A stretch of DNA of 64,000 bases, from positions 4,544,001-4,608,000 of the forward strand of contig CBDCOX010000002.1 of the NCBI GenBank assembly GCA_965219995.1. Direction: 5' to 3'. Within the stretch, counting starts at the first letter, position 1, and each line of letters starts with the position of its first letter. A model generated the notes under the pieces. It saw only the letters and a list, made by a program, of their open reading frames with translations. It was not told the origin of the DNA and searched no databases. The translations under genes were made by a program, and so were the position numbers. The stretch is from Candidatus Latescibacterota bacterium (GTDB taxonomy: Bacteria; Latescibacterota; UBA2968; GCA-2709665). This document shows, piece by piece, positions 56,836 through 64,000 of this stretch.

Positions 56836-58419
56836 CTACAACACGCCTGCCCCCTGAACGGGAGACGCGACCGTGAGCCTTTCCCGGACCCTGCGTGGCT
56901 CATAGTACCTGCCGCGCATGGCATCGATGATGTCCTGCACGCCGTCAGATCCGACCAGGACCATCATGCTTCCGCCCAGGCCGGCGCCGGATATCTGCGC
57001 GCCCACCGCGCCCGCATCCAGGGCAATGTCGACCATTTCATCGATCTCCGGGATGCTGCAATTGTAGTCGCCCGGTTGCATGTGGAGGTCTTTTGCCGGG
57101 TCGAATCGCGGCGCGTTCATGTCGATGCGGTCGCCGTCGTGCGAGACGTTCATCAACTCGCCGTAGAGGTCCACCCGGTTCCGGTTCAGGACGTCCTTGA
57201 GATCTCTGCTTCGCGCGGATTCGGCGATACCGTAGGCAATGACCATCCGGATATGGTATCCGCCGGCCGGTTCCTCGTGGGTGGCGAACTGCTGCTCGAG
57301 AAACGTCTCTTCGCCCGGCAACCGGCGCAGGAGCTCCCGGCGGTCGATCCGTTCCGGCAGAGACGCTATCAGCGCGTAGATTTCCGGTTGGGCGAGGCAT
57401 TCAACCACGTCGCCCAGGTGGAATTTCTTCTCGACGTCCAGATCCTTTCTGTCCGCCACGACCCTTCGGATCGATTCGGGATGGCGCGCTTCCAGGCCGT
57501 TTCGAAGAAAGACCTCTCCGATCTCGTACGTTGCGGTCTTTTCGTTGAATTTCTGGCCGGCCGATCCGGTCTTGTTGGCCTGGATTCCCGAGTCGAAGAT
57601 GATGATCTGATAGCCGTCCGGAAACGGCAGATAGGCGTCGATCAACAATTCCGGCAGGGTTTTCATATGGGTAATTCTACCCAGCCGGCCGCACTTGATC
57701 GCGGCGTGGTCGCCGAAACCGCCGCGTGTTCCGACGTACCATTCCGAGGTGCCCGCGTATCTCACGAACTGCCCGTCGTCCAGGACGATATCGTTGACGT
57801 GCGTCATGATCTCCGTCGTCGCGACGACAACCGCGGACGAAGAACTCAGGCCGCCCATGTCCGGCAGGCTGCTGCCCATGACTCCGTCGAATCCGCGCAG
57901 TTTCCTGCCGGGATAGCGGGTGTGCAGGTATGCCGGCGGCGCCTGCAGTTTGGTAATCCAGTCCTCGTTGACACCGGCGGCCTTGCGTTCGTCGGTCTTT
58001 TCCTGCGTCCACTCCAGCCACTCGGCATCGGTACGGATCGGCGAGTCCGGGCAGATTTCCGGCAGATGAAAACGACGGGTCCCGTAAGCCGGATCCAGAT
58101 TGTGCACCTCGACCTGATCGTCGTCTCTTCCGGAGTAACAGATGAGAATCTCTTTGTCAAGGGAAATGGGGTTGATGAAGGCGCCCCGGTGGTCGGCGTG
58201 CATCCCAACCGTGTTCAACCGGCCCGGCGCCCTGACGAAACCGACGTCTCTCTCACCGAAGATCTCCCTGAATCGCATCGCGGTCGCCAGGAGGGCGCCG
58301 AGACGTTCTTCGACAAGCTCCTCGCTGTCGCCGTAGACGGACCGAAGGCGGGAGATCAGATCATCGTTCCGGCCCCGAATCGCACGGACCCACTCAGGCG
58401 TGTTCTTCTGTCCGATCAT
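56836..58419 (-). CDS. Galactokinase-like GHMP sugar kinase
   Basis: RAPGRLN..G.H.D, GGLSSSSA, G.LMN.SH, GAQISGAGLGG. Confidence 0.88.
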   Translation of the reverse strand: MIGQKNTPEWVRAIRGRNDDLISRLRSVYGDSEELVEERLGALLATAMRFREIFGERDVGFVRAPGRLNTVGMHADHRGAFINPISLDKEILICYSGRDDDQVEVHNLDPAYGTRRFHLPEICPDSPIRTDAEWLEWTQEKTDERKAAGVNEDWITKLQAPPAYLHTRYPGRKLRGFDGVMGSSLPDMGGLSSSSAVVVATTEIMTHVNDIVLDDGQFVRYAGTSEWYVGTRGGFGDHAAIKCGRLGRITHMKTLPELLIDAYLPFPDGYQIIIFDSGIQANKTGSAGQKFNEKTATYEIGEVFLRNGLEARHPESIRRVVADRKDLDVEKKFHLGDVVECLAQPEIYALIASLPERIDRRELLRRLPGEETFLEQQFATHEEPAGGYHIRMVIAYGIAESARSRDLKDVLNRNRVDLYGELMNVSHDGDRIDMNAPRFDPAKDLHMQPGDYNCSIPEIDEMVDIALDAGAVGAQISGAGLGGSMMVLVGSDGVQDIIDAMRGRYYEPRRVRERLTVASPVQGAGVL

Positions 58420-58604
58420 TCATCCGTCCTTCCGGAATCGGGCGCCTGCAACCGGGTCTGTTTGCGCCGGTGTCCTGGACGCCATCTGACGCGCCATGGG
58501 CTGAGAAGCTGTGAAAAGAGAAAACGACAACGCTTCCAAACCACTCGAGAGGCGTTGCCGTTCTGTTCCGCAAAGATGCCGCCGAACCTCGCCGGGAAAG
58601 CGAA

Positions 58605-59576
58605 TTACAGCTTGTCCGGATCGAAGATGCCTTTCTGCGTGTCCACGACCCGCTCGGACCGGGTCTTGAACATCGTGCCGGCCGGATAATATCCTGCTTT
58701 GACGTAAGCAAGGCCGTAGGAGATGCACATGGGCCCCAGCAATGTGCCGGGATCCGTGAGAGACTCGCAAGCCAGTTGCGTCCTGTCGCCGAGAACGACG
58801 CCCATCTTGGACCCGCCCAGGTCGTACCATTTGTCGTTGATGACGACCTTCAGATTGACGCGTTTGTCGCGTTCCCGAACGCCCTGGATGATGCCCAGGT
58901 TCGCGGCCGTGGCCTGGTTGCCGAAGTGGGTGGCGTACCCGCAGAGACTGTCGCCGAGATACGAGGGATGGGGGAAATTCGCCTCGTCGAGCATGAGGAC
59001 GTTCTTGATTTCGCCCCGAATGGCGTTGTCGCCCTGTTTCTTGTGACCGCCCAGGATGATATTGCCCCGGAGATAGGCGCCCTGTCGGATTTCGTTATTC
59101 GGTCCGATGATCGTGGGTCCCTTGACGCCCGCAGTGGGCTCGATAACGGCGCCCTCCCCGACGTAGACGTCGCCGCCGTCCAGGTAGATGACCGCGCCGA
59201 CCACCTTTGCTCCTCTTGCAACGTATAGCGTGTGGCCCTCGCCGTCGAGGGATCCGTGCACGAAGAGCGGTTCGCAGACGGCGCCGGGCTCGACCAGCAC
59301 CGTGTAGTTTCCGATTCCGGACAGGCCGGTCCGTTCTTCCACGCCCCGGGCGGAACCGATTTTCTCCGCCAGCCATTCCGTGGCGTATTTTTCGATTCCG
59401 TCTTTGCCGATGAGGTCGACGACGGACCTGGCGCCGTCGACCAGCGCCCGGTGCTCGAACGGGTATCTGTCGAGATCGAAGAAGTTGGACGGTCTCAACT
59501 CGCCGGGGACCTCGTCCGCCGCCAGTTCGGTTACAATGACCGGATCGTCCTTCGTGCCGGTTCCATTCATGGCCAT
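58605..59576 (-). CDS. Left-handed beta-helix (GlmU C-terminal-like) transferase
   Basis: VGEGAVIEP...KGPTIIG...IRQGAYLRG, EIKN, HPSYLGDS, K.GVVLGD. Confidence 0.8.
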   Translation of the reverse strand: MAMNGTGTKDDPVIVTELAADEVPGELRPSNFFDLDRYPFEHRALVDGARSVVDLIGKDGIEKYATEWLAEKIGSARGVEERTGLSGIGNYTVLVEPGAVCEPLFVHGSLDGEGHTLYVARGAKVVGAVIYLDGGDVYVGEGAVIEPTAGVKGPTIIGPNNEIRQGAYLRGNIILGGHKKQGDNAIRGEIKNVLMLDEANFPHPSYLGDSLCGYATHFGNQATAANLGIIQGVRERDKRVNLKVVINDKWYDLGGSKMGVVLGDRTQLACESLTDPGTLLGPMCISYGLAYVKAGYYPAGTMFKTRSERVVDTQKGIFDPDKL

Positions 59577-59579
59577 CAC

Positions 59580-60527
59580 TTATTCCTTTCTGCTCTCCGC
59601 GATTTTCTCAAGGGTCTGGTCGTGCAGGGCCTGCGTCCGGCTGACCAGCACGTCGAAGACGGTCTCGTAATCTTCGGTGGGCTTCGGAACGTCGTTTCCG
59701 TCGAAATCGGAGACGACCAGGCCGGCTTCCTCCGCGATCGCAATCCCGGAAAAGACGTCGACGTACGGCTGCTGCCTTGCGAAATAGACGTCGATCTGCC
59801 CGGCCGCCGCCTCCGCAAAGGCGTACGGTCCGCCGTTGGGGTGAAGCATCTTGAAGGCATCGACAACGGTCCGGTATTCATCGATGAGCGGCATGAGGAA
59901 TTTGGCCGGTTTCAGGAGGTACGACTCCACACAGGCGTCGCCAATGTCGGACGCCGGTTCCCCGTGCCGTTCCCTGCGGTAGCTCTCATTCAGCCTCTCC
60001 ACGCCGGTCAGCGCGTTTCCGTCCAGCCTGGCCATAAAGGCGCCGCTGCCGTTGGCGAACGCCAGGTCCCGGTTGAAGACGTCGCCGGTAACGGAGACGA
60101 GGTGATCGAAGTTGGCATTGAACAGCGCAAGGGAACTGTATTGCATGAACGGCAGCCCCCGCTTGTACAGCCAGCTGCCGTCGAACGGATCGGAGACGCC
60201 GTAAATTCTGTCGCCTTCCTTGCCGCCTGTCAGGTCCACCATGCCGGCTTCCTCGGAGAGCAGCACGACAGGATGCGGACTTTCTTTGAGCCGTCCGATA
60301 TAGGCCCCTTCGGCGGCTTCGTCCACACCGAAGATCTCCGCGTCCCAGTCCTTGTAGTCGCCTTCCCGGGTCCGGATGACCCTGGCGCCGCTGGCCTCGC
60401 CCTGCAAATCGTGCAGGATGTCCAGGGTTTCCGCCACGATGGCCAGGCCGAGCGCCGAAAGGTCGTCTACATTATCGGTTCTACTGAAGTTGCCGATTCT
60501 GCTTTCGAAAACCTGATCTTCACCCAT
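59580..60527 (-). CDS. Inositol monophosphatase/FBPase family protein
   Basis: VD..AE, LSEE.G, DPFDGS, A.GQID, D..SG..IAEEAG.VVSD..G. Confidence 0.87.
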   Translation of the reverse strand: MGEDQVFESRIGNFSRTDNVDDLSALGLAIVAETLDILHDLQGEASGARVIRTREGDYKDWDAEIFGVDEAAEGAYIGRLKESPHPVVLLSEEAGMVDLTGGKEGDRIYGVSDPFDGSWLYKRGLPFMQYSSLALFNANFDHLVSVTGDVFNRDLAFANGSGAFMARLDGNALTGVERLNESYRRERHGEPASDIGDACVESYLLKPAKFLMPLIDEYRTVVDAFKMLHPNGGPYAFAEAAAGQIDVYFARQQPYVDVFSGIAIAEEAGLVVSDFDGNDVPKPTEDYETVFDVLVSRTQALHDQTLEKIAESRKE

Positions 60528-60809
60528 TCGGGATTCCTTCCGCCAGAAGTGAGGTAACTTTCTGTTTTTAAGGGACTAACGTACGAAAATAGCATTGAAC
60601 TCGACAAACATTGAGTATACCACATTCACCGAGTGATGTCAAGACAAAACATATTGCGAATTCGCCGGCCGGGTGTTATCGTTAGTCGACAAATCCACCC
60701 GCACACCTCGGACATAGCTATCAGTGTTCGCCGGTCCGAAAAAAACGATAAGCACAGGGCGAAATCCAAAGTCAAAATCCCCTTTTCCCCAAATTCCCTG
60801 CCTCCGGCG

Positions 60810-60838
60810 GGTTCCTTTTGAAGCGACCAAAAGGAACC
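60810..60838. repeat. Perfect 11 bp inverted repeat in the divergent intergenic region
   Basis: GGTTCCTTTTG-AAGCGAC-CAAAAGGAACC. Confidence 0.55.
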
Positions 60839-61106
60839 AAAAGTCGCCGCTGGGCGCGGGGCCTGCTATATGCATAGCGCGAATACCCTCACAGGATGCA
60901 CGTAATTCTCTGCCCTGACACCGTCGGAGGAACATCGAACCGTGTCTCTGGACGGATCAGCGCGCTCTGCTCTGGTGGCCCTCCGGTAAGGGAATTCCTT
61001 TGTAGACCGATTGGCGCCTGTATGATGAGGACATCTGTCGACTTGAAGCAGAGACCGAATCGGTCGACGTCTGCGCCGTGAGTTGCAGGACTGGAACGGG
61101 CGCAGA

Positions 61107-61215
61107 CCTCTCCCCCCGGCCCCCTCTCCTAAAGGAAAGGGGGAGCAAAACCAGGCGTACATCAAGGGATTACAGTTCCCCCCTTCCCCCCGGGAAGGGG
61201 GACAGGGGGTAGGTC
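61107..61215. repeat. Inverted pair of C/G-rich REP-like palindromes
   Basis: CCTCTCCCCCCGGCCCCCTCTCC..GGGGGAG and a downstream CCCCCTTCCC..GGGAAGGGGGACAGGGGGTAGG unit. Confidence 0.7.
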
Positions 61216-61252
61216 GGCCGGGCCCAAGGATAATACATGTAAAGGAGAAACA

Positions 61253-62416
61253 ATGGTTCTTCGCGGGAAGATAGTCGGAACGGAAAAACCCGTATCGGTA
61301 ACGATTGAAGCCGGTCGAATCGAAAGCATCGAAGCCAACGGCGCGGCGGAGCTCGGAGGCGACGAGGTCTGGATTTCACCGGGTTTCTTCGACGTACAGG
61401 TCAACGGCGCCGGCGGGATCAACTTCAGTTCGGGCGACCTGACGGTCGAGAGGGTTCTGCAGGCCTGTGAGTGGCCGTACCGGGCGGGTACCGCGTTGTT
61501 CTGTCCGACGGTGACGACTTCCCCCGTCGAGCAGGCGATTACAGCGCTGAGGACGCTGGCGCGGACCTGCGAGCAATCGGATGCCGCGAATGCGTCGTTT
61601 GTGGGCTTTCACGTGGAGGGACCGTACATCGCCTCCGAAGACGGTCCGCGGGGGGCGCATCCCCTGGAGCATACGCGGGACCCGGACTGGGACGAGTTCC
61701 GCCGCTACCAGGAGGCGGCGGAGGGGCAGATCCGGATACTGACTCTGGCGCCCGAGCGTGACGGATCCCTGGCCTTCATCGAGAAAGCCGCGGAGTCCGG
61801 CGTCATTGTCGCCCTGGGACATACCGGCGCGAGCCGGGCCCGGATCCGCGAGGCGGTGGCGGCGGGGGCGCGAATGTCTACGCACCTGGGCAACGGGGCG
61901 CACGCGGAGATCCCCCGCCACGACAACTATATCTGGGAGCAGCTTGCCGCCGACGAACTCTGGGCGGGGATCATCCCGGACGGGCACCATCTCCCGCCGC
62001 CCGTGCTGAAGAGCTTCTACAGGACCAAACAGAAAGAGCGCATCTGCCTGGTCAGCGACGTGTCGTCCATCGCGGGTCTGCCGCCGGGCGTCTACGGACG
62101 GAGCTACGGGACCGACGAGGTCGAGATTCACGAGAACGGGAAGATCTCCCTGGCGGGCACGCCGTACCTGGCGGGGGCGTCCCTGTTTCTGGACTGCGGG
62201 ATCCCGAACACGGTCGCCTTTACGGATGCCTCGCTGGCCGATGCGGTGGATATGGCCAGTGTAAACCCGGCGCGGCTGCTGGGCGTGGACGACCGGGCGG
62301 GTCGCGTGACGCCCGGGATGGAGGCCAGCCTCACGCTGTTCCGCCGGACAGAAGGACAGCGCGCGCTCTCCATCGAGGCGACCGTCGTCCGGGGCGAGGT
62401 CGTCTTCAAAGCGTAG
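61253..62416 (+). CDS. nagA: N-acetylglucosamine-6-phosphate deacetylase family amidohydrolase
   Basis: PGFFDVQVNG, HVEGPY, RGAH, TLAPE, GHT, THLGN, DGHH, LVSD, LAG, NPA. Confidence 0.88.
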   Translation: MVLRGKIVGTEKPVSVTIEAGRIESIEANGAAELGGDEVWISPGFFDVQVNGAGGINFSSGDLTVERVLQACEWPYRAGTALFCPTVTTSPVEQAITALRTLARTCEQSDAANASFVGFHVEGPYIASEDGPRGAHPLEHTRDPDWDEFRRYQEAAEGQIRILTLAPERDGSLAFIEKAAESGVIVALGHTGASRARIREAVAAGARMSTHLGNGAHAEIPRHDNYIWEQLAADELWAGIIPDGHHLPPPVLKSFYRTKQKERICLVSDVSSIAGLPPGVYGRSYGTDEVEIHENGKISLAGTPYLAGASLFLDCGIPNTVAFTDASLADAVDMASVNPARLLGVDDRAGRVTPGMEASLTLFRRTEGQRALSIEATVVRGEVVFKA

Positions 62417-62462
62417 TCGTCCGGCGCTGAGTGTATTTGTTGTGGATTAAGAGGTCCGGGCT

Positions 62463-64000
62463 ATGGAACGGCTCCAGGGCATTGTGGATCGGATCACGTT
62501 TCAGAGCGAAGAGAGCGGCTACACGGTGGCCAGGTTCCAACCGGAAGGCGCGCGGGAACCGGTCACCGTTGTGGGGACGACGCTTTCGCTGGTTGCCGGG
62601 GAGTGCGTGGCCCTGAAAGGGGAGTGGACGGACCACGCCCGGTACGGCCGCCAGTTCAGGATCGATTCCTACGAGAAGGTAGTTCCATCCACCGTACACG
62701 GGATGCGCAAGTATCTGGGTTCGGGGCTGATCAAGGGTATCGGACCGGTGATGGCCGGGCGAATCGTGGACCATTTCGGGAAAAAGACGCTGGAGGTAAT
62801 CGAGAAGGCCTCGAAACGGCTCGTGGAGGTGGAGGGGCTGGGCCGGAAGCGTGCGACGATGATCGAGGATGCGTGGAAGGAGCAGCGCGAGATCCACAAC
62901 GTGATGCTGTTTCTGCAGTCGCACGACGTGGGTACGGGGCATGCGGTGAAGATCTGGAAGCAATACGGGCAGGACGCCGTTTCACTGATTCAGGAGAATC
63001 CGTACCGGTTGTCTCGCGACGTCTGGGGCATCGGTTTCGCATCCGCCGACCGGATCGCTCAGAAGATGGGGGTGGAATCCCAATCGGAACAACGGGTCCT
63101 TGCGGGTATCCGATATGTACTGGACACCGCGGCGCAATCCGACGGGCACGTCTATCTGCCGGTGACGGAGTTGATGGACCGGTGCGCGGAGACGCTGGAG
63201 GTGTCGCACGAACTGATCGCGCCGTGTATCGACCTGCTTCACCGGGAGCAAGAGGTGGTCGTCGAGGACGACCGGATCTACATTCCCTCACTCTACTTTG
63301 CCGAAAAAGGCGTGGCGACGCGGGTGCATCAGTTCTCCAGCATCGAACGGATTGAAACCGGCGATATCAAACGTGAGATCGCGGCGATCGAGCAACGTGA
63401 CGGGATCCGGTTCGCCTCTCTGCAGAAGGTTGCGCTGGAGAAGGCCCTTTCCCACAGCCTGCTGGTGCTGACCGGCGGTCCGGGGACGGGCAAGACCACG
63501 ACGATCAGGGGTCTGATCGCCCTCTTCGAGGCCAGAGACAAGGACGTACTGCTGGCCGCGCCAACCGGACGGGCGGCCAAACGGATGTCGGAAGCCACGG
63601 GGAAGGACGCAAGAACCATCCACAGGCTGCTCAAGTTCAGCCCCGGCGAGCTGAAGTTCGATATGAACTTCGAGAACCCTCTGAAGTGCGATGCGATCAT
63701 CGTGGACGAAGTCTCAATGGTCGACGTCGCATTGATGAACAGCCTGCTGCAGGCGGTACCGCTCAGCGCGACCGTGGTCCTGGTGGGCGACGTGGACCAG
63801 TTGCCGTCGGTGGGGCCGGGGAATGTCCTGAAGGATATCATCGGCTCCGGGCAGGCGGCTGTCGTTGCGCTGAACGAGATTTTCCGGCAGGCGCGTGAGA
63901 GCCGGATTGTCATCAACGCGCACCGGATCCTGGCCGGCGAAATACCGGAGGTGGACAACAGCCGGGACTCGGATTTCTTTTTCTCGCAGGTGGACGACCC
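62463..64000 (+). CDS. recD2: RecD2-like ATP-dependent DNA helicase (3' end runs off the window)
   Basis: Manual translation from ATG 62463: MERLQGIVDRITFQSEESGYTVARF..YLGSGLIKGIGP..ENPYRL..GIGF..AD..TGGPGTGKTT..APTGRAAKR..TIHRLL..VDEVSM..GDVDQLPSVG..IFRQ. Confidence 0.95.
   Translation, partial: MERLQGIVDRITFQSEESGYTVARFQPEGAREPVTVVGTTLSLVAGECVALKGEWTDHARYGRQFRIDSYEKVVPSTVHGMRKYLGSGLIKGIGPVMAGRIVDHFGKKTLEVIEKASKRLVEVEGLGRKRATMIEDAWKEQREIHNVMLFLQSHDVGTGHAVKIWKQYGQDAVSLIQENPYRLSRDVWGIGFASADRIAQKMGVESQSEQRVLAGIRYVLDTAAQSDGHVYLPVTELMDRCAETLEVSHELIAPCIDLLHREQEVVVEDDRIYIPSLYFAEKGVATRVHQFSSIERIETGDIKREIAAIEQRDGIRFASLQKVALEKALSHSLLVLTGGPGTGKTTTIRGLIALFEARDKDVLLAAPTGRAAKRMSEATGKDARTIHRLLKFSPGELKFDMNFENPLKCDAIIVDEVSMVDVALMNSLLQAVPLSATVVLVGDVDQLPSVGPGNVLKDIIGSGQAAVVALNEIFRQARESRIVINAHRILAGEIPEVDNSRDSDFFFSQVDD

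Noticed and set aside
57076-60557. Plus-strand ORFs 57076..58689 and 59232..60557
   Set aside because: Antisense shadows of the kinase, LbH and IMPase genes.

Overview
GC-rich bacterial window, almost entirely coding, with no rRNA, tRNA or CRISPR array recognised. The gene content (TonB receptor + PorV-like barrel + T9SS/FlgD-type C-terminal domains, PhyH, ceramidase-like and Gfo/Idh/MocA enzymes, a DUF6785-like membrane protein) suggests an FCB-group lineage such as Latescibacterota, possibly host-associated; this taxonomy is inference only. Layout: rimO (partial), rpmB and an unusual FolC/ATP-grasp fusion (1-5.4 kb); a run of catabolic enzymes (5.4-16.7 kb); a TonB receptor / secreted CTD protein / PorV-like triad (16.9-23.4 kb); three tandem paralogues encoding secreted double-Cache-like proteins with a T9SS/FlgD-type tail, each with a long hairpin terminator and two with a conserved promoter and structured leader (23.9-30.1 kb); membrane protein, cyclase-like, propeller and kinase genes; a REP-like repeat cluster next to hicB-hicA (35.4-36.8 kb); uppP and metabolic genes; a FadR-type regulator divergent from a corrinoid methyl-transfer / split methionine synthase cluster (47-56.8 kb); a sugar kinase / LbH / IMPase operon divergent from nagA; and recD2 (partial). 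All product calls come from motif recognition by eye, with no database search.
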